Part shown: positions 1 to 13,100 of the stretch, piece after piece
Position numbering within the stretch: the stretch's first letter is position 1
Layout of the letters: each line of letters begins with the position of its first letter
NCBI GenBank assembly: GCA_002633005.1
Contig: NMRA01000684.1
Coordinates: 1-64,000 of the forward strand
Length of the DNA stretch: 64,000 bases
Reading direction: 5' to 3'
Source of the DNA: Phoronis australis
Taxonomy: Eukaryota > Animalia > Phoronida
Notes under the pieces: model-generated
What the model was told of the DNA's origin: nothing
What the model saw: the letters and a program-made list of their open reading frames with translations, nothing else
The model's database searches: none
Made by a program: the position numbers and the translations under genes

Positions 1-606
1 GATCGGTATTGGGAGTTAATAAATATGTAATACAAGTTGGGGGTCCGTAAGTAAGCATTCCCTATTCTCACGGAATATTGAACCTTTGGAGAAACATGGT
101 CACATAACAGTGAAATTGGGTGAAAATTGAGCATTCACAGTCTTATTCATCTCGCTAAAGAATAACCGATCAAACTTATCGAGGCAAAAATGAACTCTCG
201 GTTGGTTTTGAAGCGAGATTGATTACTTTTGAGAAAGGACACGACGTCGCGACGTGAATATTTAGCTGAAATCAATTCCACTTAGGGGAAACTCGAAATT
301 AGGATTTAACGTTGAGAATGTTCTTTAAGAACCGTTCACACTAACGATGCCCGCGGGCACATGTTTCTTTGTTATTTTGAATTTAACAAATCTTTTTCGG
401 CCTCAGTAATTACGGCACTTTTCCCTCGAAGAGTAGAATTCTACAAGTGTAGATTCATCAAATCGTCTTTGTTATATGCTATACTCACAAAGCCAAAATA
501 TCAATCACTGTAGTATTTATGCAAATTTAAAACCTATACTACTAACATTCTAATTGCTTGTAATTATTTAACAATGGCGTCATTGCAATCACAATTGAAT
601 GTTACC

Positions 607-1884
607 TTTTATTTATTTATTTATTTATTATTGTGATATTTAAAATGAGGGTGGCCTCTTCAGTGATAGCACTGCTTTCCAAGAGGGCCCCCAACAAGAA
701 AAACAGTAATATAATACAATGAAGTAATAAAACAACAATGAAATATACGTAACAAAGATACAATTAAAACAGGTAAGGTTGAGAATTATGACAATAACTA
801 AATGACAAATAATGGTAAAAATTTAACTAAGACAGATGAAATAAAATAAGAGATGACTCTAGACAACGAGAGTATTTACGACAATGAAAAAATGACATGA
901 TTAAGACAGGCAGGGTATAAAAGGTTAAGTAAATTACAGCCACTTTTTAACATTAACTTTAAAGGTAGTAATTGAGTTGGACCGTTTAATTTCTGGGCTA
1001 AAAGAATTTCATATTATAGCAGCTGCATAGATAAAAGATCTCTTGCCAGTCTCGGTTTTAATTTTTTTAGAAGAAACATTGCCAACAACAGAAGAACGTG
1101 TAGAATAAACAGCCTGACTGCTATTGAATTTACTGCTGAGATATGCTGGAGCCAAGCCATTGATACATCTGTATATACAACAGGCAGAGAGATATTTATT
1201 TCGTTGTCTTACTTTCATAAATCCCAGCTTGGAGTACAAGTCGTCAACCCTAGTGTCCCTAATTTTAGTACCCAGGATAGCCCTGGCGGCTCTATTTTGG
1301 ATTACTTGGACTCTGCTGACAAGTGTGTCACTAGTGTGCCCCCAAACCGGTAAACAATAATCAATATGAGGCTGAATAATACAATGGTAAAGGGTCTTAA
1401 GGGTACGGACATTAAGAAATTTGCCTAGACGTTTAAGTACACCGATTTTCTTTGATAATTTCTTCGTGATATGATCCATGTGCATATTAAATTTAAGATT
1501 GGGATCTAAAATAAGGCCCAAGTACTTAAACTTGTCAACATTCTCGATGGGAGAACCGTTGATAGAAAGGGATAGTTTTTGTTGCTTTAATTTCTGGTGG
1601 GGTCCAAACAGCATCGACTTGGTTTTACTAACGTTAAGAGTGAGTTTATTTTGAATCAGCCAGTCATGGATAATGGCTAGCTCATTGTTGAGAGAAGTTT
1701 CGAGTTCATTAACCGATCCAGCTGTGGACATAATTGCAGTGTCATCAGCGTATAAAACTGGGACACTGTTGCGGAGGACCGTAGGGAGGTCGTTAACAAA
1801 AATAGTGAATAATAGAGGGCCCAAAATGGAACCCTGAGGTACCCCCGTGATTACGGTTGAGCAGACTGTACTAGGGACTTCCAA
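607..1884 (-). mobile_element. 5'-truncated non-LTR retrotransposon (CR1/L2 group), RT C-terminal half plus 3' UTR and (AAAT)n tail
   Basis: ORF 1009-1884 has GVPQGSILGPLLF, YADD, LNVSKTK and FKYLG RT motifs. The frame continues past TGA at 1009-1011 (in place of W of the usual WNxL motif) to TAA at 934. A 3' hairpin-like segment lies at ~647-692 and a TTTA-repeat tail at ~607-630 (AAAT on minus). No endonuclease or 5' part is present. Confidence 0.92.
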
Positions 1885-4131
1885 GTATAATCCTCAATAT
1901 ATTTACTCAAACAAACTACTCACTGTGTCAATAGCCATGCCCCAGTAACTGACCCATCCAGATCATAGGTCACAGTCTCAGTCTTTATGCTCTGCACAGC
2001 ATTTTCAAAGGCGCCCGGCTAAAACGAGTGTAAATAATGTATTAATATTCACGTCACACAAACTCAATCTACAGTAACCACAAGTCTCTCAATTCCCTCC
2101 TGGATGAGCAAGTTCTAGGTTCACAAGAATAGTGAAAACAAAAGTAGTTTTTTCAGTCTGTGGTGAAAATGAGTGCTTCAGCCTGGCAGGCGGGGGTTAT
2201 TTTCGCCAGCAGTTACATACAGAACAAGTTTATTTTCTCAGTACTGTGTTGCTTTTGAAGCAAGAATTGATGTTGTGTCACGTTCACTCTGCGCAGTAAA
2301 CTCATTGAAGTTTCCCATAGAGCCCCATTTTATTCGAAAATTATCGCTTAGTTTGTTTGGGGTTGAATCCTTTGATCTAATTTTTAATACCATGTTCTAG
2401 ATTCGTAATTATACATGGTAAAATCAATGACCCACAGGAGGATCGTTGATTGCGTCAATGTCGAGAACTTTTAAACATTTTTTCAGGGGCAAATGGGCCC
2501 CGAAATTGAGGCAAAGAGAGTGAGATGTGCCATTGTATGACTGTTGGGGCCAGCTGGAGAGGATGGGAATTACCAAAATACCGAGATAGACACATAAACT
2601 ACTAGTACTTCATGACTCAAGTCAGTATATAAATAAATAGGTACCAGTAATTTGCATGCAGCAGGCAGGACAGGAAACAGAACATGAGTCACTAGTCGAA
2701 TATAGTGGTCCCTGGGTAGTATCACCACCTCTGGTATGGCCAGAGGTGGAGAAACACTATGAGTAACTGCTGCATATTTTAAGTAAGTATACATACACTA
2801 TACATAGATATATACAGGACTCAATCTTTAGCATGTCAACTTGACAAATGCGACCTGGCAAAACTGGAGAATAGGCAAAACTGCCTACCCGAGACAATGC
2901 CATCTTTTCAAATACCTTCCGTTGTCAACATCTCTTATATATTGTTTATTTTGATAGACAATAAGTTAGGTGAAGCGCTACTTTAATGTCCGAGACCCGT
3001 CTAACTTTGCACTTTGTACGGGCCATTTTGATGCACAGAATTCCTGAACGCATACAATGATGTAACATGGAACGCTGTTTAGAGGAGTTTTCAGACGGAA
3101 AAGTGTCCCACATCATTCTCGGCATTTGCGGTTGAATTTCTCAGTCAAAAATATTGACCTGACGATTTCACTCATTTCAGCCACCCGATACAATACCTGA
3201 ATATATACCAGATACCTACTACTGCAGTACCCAAGACAATAGTTCAAGGCAAATTACCCACCACAGACAATACCGGAGGGGGGCCAAACAACCCACTCCA
3301 GTTCGCAGCACATCTCTCCTACTAGTACTCATTCCCTTTATGGGAGAATCCCTCCGGGATAAAAATTTCCTCCATGGTAGCTAACGCTGTTTAAAATACA
3401 CGAAGCATTTTGCATGATAGTGATGTTTCAGGTGACTTCCGAGTGTGACGTACAGTAGAATAAAGGCCTTTCCAAATCACTTGCCAATCAGCAACTGCAT
3501 CTTGGACGAATGATTTGGACAATATGCTCACACGCCGAAGTAGACAGCATCACAATTTCCACTGGCCCCGGTAGAGACAGTGACCATCCCATAGCTAGCC
3601 CTCCATAAGCCAGAAGCTTTTCGACAAAAACATCAAAATCATTTTGCTATAGTATTTTTCGGAGACAGGGACACCTTGGCTTAGGAAGGAGGCCTTTGAC
3701 GGCTCTTTAACTCTTCTCAGCTCAAAAAAATACTCCTGCAATCCGGGCCAACTTTTTTTTCGAAGAGTCCTCTGTTCATTTGCCCAATCGGCAACTGGCC
3801 ACTATTACACTGCTCGTACCAGGAGATATGATGTCGAAGATATGTGGTTCCAATACCAGCATTCACTGTGGATTTCTTAACATTACAATCAATAACCAGT
3901 GTTAATAACAGGCCTATTATAATATTCTGAAGATCAAACTGGTCTTCCAAATCAAGCACCGCTATATTTGACCACTGCCACATGAAGAATACTCTCTACC
4001 CTGATGCCTACATGAAGAAATGGGAAGTTTAGGTGATTGTACATTACTCATTAGTTCTAGTGGTGACTGAAGTAGACAATGACCATCGTCTTAGCTGGCG
4101 AAGGTGACTGGGTGACAATTGAGGTGCATAC

Positions 4132-4491
4132 CTTTAGACTAAAGAATTTCTCGATGCTGAAATCGGACACAGATTTTGCATCGTCGACAGCCGTTTTAGA
4201 GCCAACGTTAACTGTTGTCATGGACGACCTGTCTGGCTCTTGGTTTGGGTTGTAGCGTTGAGTGTTGGGTGGATTCGAAGAAACTGTCCGAACTTGTGCG
4301 GAACCCGCGAATGTAACACCACGGTCATTGCCATTTTCGGCAACTGAATCAATGTGCAAAGTTGCACCATTAAACCCTGGGTCTCTTTGATTTATGTCGT
4401 CATCTAAACGTTGATCTCCTTGCATCTGCCTTGTTTTATCAGAGCCACTAACTTCCGTGTGAATTCGCACTTCTTGCATATCTTCCGCCAT
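4132..4491 (-). CDS. First coding exon of an unidentified protein-coding gene (MAEDMQEVRIHTEV...DFSIEKFFSLK); downstream exons not identified
   Basis: ATG in strong context (aacaacATGGCG) at 4491, 120 open codons ending at a canonical donor AAG|GTATGC at 4132/4131; low-complexity, polar N-terminal composition. No family recognised. Confidence 0.6.
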
Positions 4492-7134
4492 GTTGTTGTT
4501 TTCTGATCGATGTAATAAAACACACGAGAGAGGTCGCTGTCTCACTAAATCAAGTAAATGACCAAAGCTCACATGATCGTGTTTACACCCGAGTGTGTAA
4601 TTGTATACACACCGTTGTCACGTGGTTTGGTAAAGCCCTATAATGTTGCAGCTGATGATGGTGCTGGGTAAAACTTTTACCGACAGCTTATTATGTCATG
4701 TTTTTTCTGGATACTGATGAACCAATTTCAAGAGGTAGCCTACAATGAACTGATCGATCTTCATCATGGCAAATCAATTTTTCGGTTCAGTTTGCAAAAG
4801 TTCGTTGAACGCTGCACAAGGCATCATAACGCGACCCCACGGCCAAGCCATCTCGTCTTTTTTTTACATGGCTCAGTTATGAAATAATCAGTATCCGTAA
4901 TTGAAACACCAGAGAATCATCAAATCATGATAACCACAACTTGTTGAAACAGAAACCTAACACATGAATTAGGCCTATTCATATGCAACTTCCATCGGCG
5001 ATACACAGTACTGCATTCGGCCGCGACGGAGTGACTTGCCGGGTTCTTCCATGTGATGGCGTAGTATAAGTAATCGGATATTGTTAATTTGGTCACGCGC
5101 AGTGAATATGAGTACAAGGAAAACGCTTGACTCCGCCAAGTTACCAACAGTGCGGTATGAAATCTTCAGTTGTACGCATTCATTCACTCATTTCGACTTA
5201 GTTGGCTCCATTACGTTTCAACTGAAGTCACCGTCGCTCGACTAGATCTATAGAAGGGTATCTGACTGTTGATCATTGAATTTTCAAGCTACCCTTTGTC
5301 TTTGCGAAATTTTCACTAATGCGATTTGCTCAGTAGCAGTCCATCGATAAGTTTCTGAATATATCTAGGCCTATACTTGCCGCCGTGAGATAGCTTCAAG
5401 GGCAATCCTTGGGATCGATACCTAAGCCTCAGAACTAGGCCCAGATTCAAGACAAGTGTTCTACAAAAAATCATTACAAGCCTAAGTTGCTTGAATCGAC
5501 TTCGCTGCGAAATGTGAATAAAACCGAATGCAAATATTGTTTTTTCCCTCACGTGACACGAACGCGATGTACCCGGGTGCAGATTTGCGGATGGTGTAAA
5601 ATTGCTGCATACTAACAGGGCGCAACAATTCTGAAATCAATGCACAATCAGGCATCAGAATACCAGCAAGATTTCAATTTTTCATCCACGCGTTGCATGT
5701 CCAAATATTGAAGTGAATTTCCCTGAGACAAGACAATACTCCAGAATCAAACAAATCAGTGGTCCATGGCGAGAATGACTGAAAAAATAGACGAGGGGCA
5801 CCTTGATTGAATGCCTCAGAAAGCATGAAATCCGGAACTGAATAAGCAGGGCATCTGGGTCTAAAGTGCCTCAAAAATACTCTAAAATGCCCCAGCAATA
5901 TTCTTTTCATTTTTAATGGCGTGCAAGCGTATCACATGAACTTGAAAAGTGACTGCGGTCCGATGGAGTGGTGGGACGGAGTGATATAAAGCTTTCAAAA
6001 TGCAGAACAGTTGACGAGTATGTAACTGTACAGCATTTCGTATCTTTGCCGGGTGTCGTATCTTGGACTGTTGCATCTGATTTAGTCAAAAGTGTTACGC
6101 TAACTCTACCAAAAATGTACTTAACATTGGTTTACTTGAGAATATCAACGTGGCGGGTTTTGGCCTATTAGCAGCTATGAAAAACGACATCCATCCGATG
6201 TTCTGTAACTTTCGACAACCCTCAAAAGTTGAAAATTCGAAAACTCATTTTGATGTTTGTTAAACGCCGGGCAAGCGTGACCTGCGCTTTTAGCGGATTA
6301 CTAAGGCAACTGTGGAGAAAGACCACCCACCAAGAACAGGTATACCCAATCTGTGACAAAGTATTAAGTTTTTAGTTTATTACTGCATTTATCTTTCAAG
6401 ATTGGAGCCAATGACGCATTAGCAGGTGCCAGAACGAGGATTGGCTGAAATCATCAAAACAGGGTTAGTACGGTCTTTAAATTAAAATTCAGAACCTCCA
6501 CAATTGTAAGTGTTCATATATGCACATAATGCGGGAAAAGCTGTCTATTCACAATTCATTGCGTGTAACCACCAAGCCAGTGTAAACGGTAAATTGAATT
6601 CAATAGGACCATCATGCACTTATTGCATATTAATTAAATAATGACAAATTCTTGTTGCTGAACCACCTTGTGTTGTAAATGGTGAATTCAGTGTTATGGG
6701 GCAAAGTGTCAAAGGTCACGACAGTCAAGGTGTATCTGTCACGGGTTAGACAATGCGACCAGGTGTTTTAAGCAAAACCTACATGTACCGGTGCCTTCAG
6801 CCAAAACATTGATTTGAATCACATCCTTACAAAATTTGTTTCAACTTGTTCCTCAAATCAGTTGACACAAAGGTTGGTCTAGTGAGAAACAGCCACTGAG
6901 TTCCTCACAACATTAAGGTCACCGGTGGCCTATAAAAGGTCCACCATGTTTGCCCACTTCTGCCCACACCCCATCCATGATCCTAGATGATTTCTTGCAA
7001 ATTAAATCAAAATTTTCCAATCATCAAGTAACTTAGATACAATGTAGAATTTTGAAAATTATAACAGACATGTTTAATTTCATGAATTTTATTATATATT
7101 GCACAGACCAGAGTTTCTAGACATAATCTTTCCT

Positions 7135-10100
7135 CTATCCAAGAACTTCAGACAACAACTTCAGTTTACTGCCATACATATCCATCACACTAATTTGCGT
7201 CTCAGTTGCTATGGTTTCAAAGGCAACTTTCCATGCATTGCTGACATTTTCTTTCTTCAACTGCCTGAAAGCAAGACGACCAAGATTAATACTACAATAC
7301 TTCCAACAAATTATCAAAACTTAATGACAAAATCTAAACCAAATTTAACCAAAAATTTCATGTATACTCAGTAGAAAACATCCTGGTGACAGTTACATTA
7401 CTCATGATACTAGGAAGTGAGACATCATGGCAGTTAAAAGTGATCATTGTTGTCTCTTGTGATGATGGTAAAAAACGAGAAAAAATTACGTACTAGGAGA
7501 CGTTTAATTAGTTGAACTTGACATTTCAAGCCTGCAGCTCAGGCCCTTGATCACATGACTGTTGTTCTCATCTTTACATCGGTGAAACCAAACATGATCT
7601 CGGCACCTGCTTTGCAGAACACAAAAAACTGGACAAACTATTGCTATTGGTGACCACTGAGTTTCATCTGGTCACACCATCAATGAGGACAACACACAAG
7701 TTTTATCCAGAGAGGAACATTGGCACTCCCATAAGACCAAAGAGGCCATTTATATTAAGCAATGCAATCCCTCCCACTTAACCGTGACCAGAGACTGCAT
7801 CCTCCTCTTTACAATCAGGTGTTACTCCCGGTTTCACAATGGCGGAAGGAACAGTCATGTGAGAGTCAAGGGCCTGAGCTACAGGCTTGAAACCTTATGC
7901 TCAGCTAACTAATTGTCTCCTAGTAATTTTTCTCGTTTTTTACCTGAGACCTCATGAGGTCATGTGCATCACTAGATGCATGGTGTCATCTCGTAAAGAC
8001 TCGCATGATTTTGCTTGTTATGGTATACTCTCACCAATCCAAACACAATATGGCTTCCAGTGAAATTTTATTTCGGTGCACTGGCCACCTCATTTTTGGA
8101 TTTCCAAAAACAGTCATGCATCTCATTTTAAGTTTTTGAGCCTCAGCACTTGGCGGTATGTTTTGGCAAAGCCAAACAGGTAAACTTACCTGTATAAGAA
8201 CTTTAAGACCAAGTCAATCTGAGGCATATTCTTGTCATGAAGAAGTTCAGTAAAATACTGAATAATGCGATTAACATCTTCTATTTCTGGTTCTGAAACA
8301 GTATAAAATGCTCAATGCTTGGCCCAACTACAAAATTATTGTCAACGTTTTGCAATTATAATGTTTAACCTTCACCCTATAAATTTATCCACAGTAACTT
8401 CTAAGTTAAACGTTAAAATTACTAAATGTAAAGGACAGATTTTCATAAAATTTGTAATGTTACAGTCCATTCTTTGTATGCAAATTTATATAAATTGTCT
8501 TTCTTACAAGGATATATTACAAGATTCAAGGCCCTTTCAAGGATGTTTCCAAATTCAAGGACATTTCAAAGGTGTTCTCACTATCAAGGACTTTTCAAGG
8601 GCCACATTTATAGTGATTTCATCCCAGTGCAGGGTCCCTAAAACACAGAGCTAACTAAAGGTGCGAGATCCAACACACGTAAAATATGGTTAACATGACC
8701 TGAATACATATTTTTACTTCAAAATTACAAACAGCCTTTAGCTACCTTCTGTAGACTGTAACCAATCCAGTAGTAAACGCTTAACATCAGCCAATGAGCT
8801 GGCCCCACATAAACTCACGACATTGTTCTCGTCTGACTTCGTATTTGTTGACCCTAGCTCAGATGGTGGAGCAGCAGAGCCCTGTAGAAAGAAGTTTATT
8901 TCTGTACTACAGTAATTCCAGCTATAGATTATACACAACACCATATTTTTACATGGAATTCCCAAAAGAGGCGACACTTTCCACTTAGCGAGCAGACGGC
9001 TTACTTGCCGGAAGTAAAACCACCACTCACACCAGACGGCACTAGTTAATTTGACTTTCTTGGGTAATAGTGTTGGTTGCACCTTGTGCGTACGATCACA
9101 GATTACAACCACTGAGAACATACAGAGTTGGCGGCCCATGTACCTGAGTCTACAAACAAAGTGGGAGAGAGACTTATAAGCTAACTAAAGCAACTCTTAA
9201 ACCCGCTTTCAGCTGTAAAATAAACTATTAACTTGATTTGTGCCATTTAGTGCAAAAACTGGCATCGACTTGGTCTTTACTCAGAAGAGAAATTATGTCT
9301 TGACCAGGGAAGAACTGAAACATCCATAAGTTAAATGCTTGTGACCATGCTAAGCGTTTTAAATGACCAGCCATGACAAAACACACTACTGAGTCTCATC
9401 TCAAGCAATAACAAATCATCAGTTCATTCCAAGGTGAAGAATTGACCTCTTACACGAGTAAGGAATAAGTTCAATAAAAGTTTTACTATAATAGTAAATG
9501 CCCTAAATCAAAAGTTATTTTTTGACGTAAGGCAGGTCAAACGATTAATTGCTCTGAAACACTGTGTGTCCAGGCTGAGACTGCAAGTTGCCTTGAGAGA
9601 CTTTATTTAGATGATCCAGCACAACCACCAGTGTGGACAAAAATAAATTACTAGGACAGGTGTACCTTAACACTGACAAGACCCCACCTTTTGATGCTAT
9701 GCAACGTGTTCCTGCGCAAAGGTCACGCTGACTACTTAGTTTGAAAAACTAATGCAGAATAATGATTCGTTCAATATACTCTTAGCCAACTGCCAATCAC
9801 GACACGGAATGTCTTATTTATTGGTCATACAGTTAATTTTGGCAGCAGCTCCGCCCACATGATGTCAGTAAATACATAACAGTACCTCAGACAGATACAT
9901 CACCCAATGGCCAGGTGCTGCCACTTGCAGATTGATGTGCCATCTGGACACAAAGTGAACCAGCATGAGCAGATGTGTTTGCCATTGACTTAAAGTTGAC
10001 ATCAATTTTTATTGCCGGCAACCATATTTTGAGTACCCATTAACACGCACTTAAGACTAGTTTTAGAATACACAACAGGGTAGAGTTCAGTAGCTGTCTC

Positions 10101-13100
10101 GCGGCTAGAAAAATCTAGCCAAAATCACATTCTCATTTAAAATACACAACAATGCCTCGCGTAATCTCGCGAAGGTCTTGATTTTTAGCGAGGTCCTAGC
10201 GTAGGTCCTAGCATTACTGAACCCTACCCAGGTCTTGCTTACCTCAACGGCACTGTGACTTTCTGGAAACTTTAGACTGGTAGGATGTAGTGACTTTTTG
10301 TGCCTAGCTGGGCGTCCCCTAGGTGCCTGCAAGTCAAGAAATACAAGGTAATTTACCATAAACAACCAGCGCAGCAGTATACACCATGGAGTCATGAGCA
10401 GATCCCGCCATCTTCCAAGACACAGTTCTCAATTCAGTTATCAATACACAGTAGTTGAAATGAAGGAGGAACATGACTGTTCAAATTCAAAAAGATGTTA
10501 CCTAAAAAATCATAAGCCAAAATTTTACAGTAATTCTCTTCTTATTTTACAAAAAAAATAATTGCTAAATTTCAAAGACTGATTATTTTACTGCAAATAA
10601 ATTGAAACTTTGTCAAATGTTGTTAGGTGACACCTACACAGTACAATCTATGCTAGCAATGGACAAACGTTTCCTTTATCCTTATTTTTGTGAAGAAATT
10701 TGACAACTTTTTTACACTTTTCGGCCATAATTTGTGAAAAATTTCCGTTACTAAGTTCCTCTAAATTCACACTTTTGTTTTACATCACTTGCCAAGATTG
10801 TAAAACAGATCCGAATTTAAACCTTAATCAAATGAGAAGTGATTTCTAGGCTCTGTGTTATTGCTGAAGACTATTCCTGGCATATAAAATGACCCGCCGA
10901 GACAACCTGACTTGTAGAGGCTGATCTCAACCAATAACCAAAATATTGTCTTTCAAAGCCTAGAAATCCCCTTTAATTTCACTGAGGACCAATTTTAAAC
11001 CAACTCATAATGGTACAGTGGTCTATATCAAAATTACAGTTTCAGACGGACAGTGAAGTTAACCTGTTTTTAAAAATTACACAGATACGAAACCTTGAAT
11101 GTTGGACTGTTTTTTGACTTTGGTGAAGCTTTACGAGGTGATCTGGCAGCTCGGACATCAGGAGCCTGTTTCAGCTGAACCGGATGTTGTGCACCTGACG
11201 CTGGTTGAACCTGATCTCTGTAAGCCTTTCTGAGTTCTTCTTGAAGGTCATTAGGTAAGGCTTCGAAGCAGCTTGGGTCTATCTGAAAGCCAAATTGATG
11301 GAGAAAGACAATGAAGTCATGGTGTCAGCATGAAATACTACCTTTTTCAAAGTTGACAGCATTCTTTGGGGTTACTAAGATCACTCTGATAAACAGTTGT
11401 GTACATAAGCCAAGTCGCCTCATTGTGTTGCTCATGCAGATTACATAAGAGAGGTTGGGACATATCAACCAGTGCTGACACCTAGCATCTAGCGACTTGG
11501 TGAAAATCTCAGGTCGGCAAAACTGACATTGAAATCGTAGACTAATGTAATTTTTCCCAGGTCGCCAAACACAATCTGAGTTTGCATATTTAGTGACCTC
11601 AGTGCTGTTCACCAAATCAAGCACTGTCAACAAAGCAACAGCAGAAGCAAATCATGTTAACTTATTTCTCTTTATCTGTTGTAGTTTTTAGTGGCAGATC
11701 TTAGACTAGTTTTTGTACTCCGCAGGACCAAAAAGCCACAAGCAGGCAGCAGTTACCAAGGACACAAATCTCTGTTGTCTTTAATCCTCCACACAAAAGA
11801 AGCCAGTCATAAAAGTCTAGGCACTGTTGTAATAGCCTAATGTAACCCCAAATCGTAAGGATTCTTAGTTGCCAGTTGATTTCAGTGAGATAAGCAGCTG
11901 AGTAATCCAAGTAACATACAGTGTTGTGCTGAATGTAAGGAATTACAGAGAAGTCTTTACATGTTCATAGCACGAGAATAAATTGATTATTTGCTCACCT
12001 GACCAAAATCTACAATGTCTTCATGAAGTACAAGAAATTTCACGTAAAAAGTAAAAGAATGATGTAAACGCCAATAGCATTTTTTAAAATAAATACAGAT
12101 CAAACAGTGCTGATGTGTAAAAGTTCGACGAAACAATAAATTATTCAGTAATACCTATGACCATCTCTTCCTGCTATGACTCATATGTAGATAGATAAAC
12201 GGCCAACAAACATGGCAATATTTGGATATAACGTTCACGTAACCGACTATTCCCACAAATACAACACAACACCATTGAGTACTTTGTCGTGAACATAATG
12301 TAGAACACCTATAATTCACCCAGCTGAAAACTAAAGCCTACCTGTGAGAATGACGGCAAAGCAACTATGGGGCTTGATGGTATCTCGTCTGAAGACTGTA
12401 CACTCAGCGGCAGTTGACTTTGCCAGTGGGAACAGCCTGGTTCGGGACCTGACGTCAGTACCCTCTTACCTGCTGATGAGTGTTGGTAGGAGGCCAACAC
12501 CTGCTCTCGTATATCAGCAGGGAGCTCCTTCAATACCTCTGGGTCTAACTGTAAACAGGTGAAGGAATCTATAACAACTAAAAGAAGCAAAAATCCAACT
12601 ATCGCCAAATAGGTGCAATTTCATACTAGCTGAGAATGGGCAAAGAAAACATTTTCCTTCTTCTAATTCAAGATTCCAAATTAAATTTTTCAATTGTAAA
12701 TACCGGAGCTTGGAATGATCAATGATAACAAGAGGAAAATTTCCCGTACCCCAATTAAGTAGGCTTGAGGTACAGAAATATTTTTTGTGTTGTAAAATTT
12801 AACTGACAGAAATAAATGGTTTTGCATGAAGAAAGGAAAAATAATGATAAAAAGAGACAGAAAAGGAAACTGCAAGTCAAATAAGAAGAAACTGAAATAA
12901 AAAAGAGGAAATCCTCTTAAAAGAGGAAATTTCCAAGCCCTGAAATAATTATATATTTATCTGACTTTATTTACACTTAGCAATTCAGTTATGATAATTA
13001 ATAATATAAATAGTTAAATCGAATAGCATCTTCACTATAAAGTGCTGGTCTCCCAGAGGTCATAGAGAAAACACTAAGTCATTATGATACAGTTCATAAT

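Noticed and set aside
1009-1011. In-frame TGA as possible selenocysteine, readthrough or alternative genetic code
   Set aside because: It is a single event in a truncated retrotransposon; host genes use TGG for Trp and CPLANE2 ends in TGA. A simple nonsense mutation explains it.
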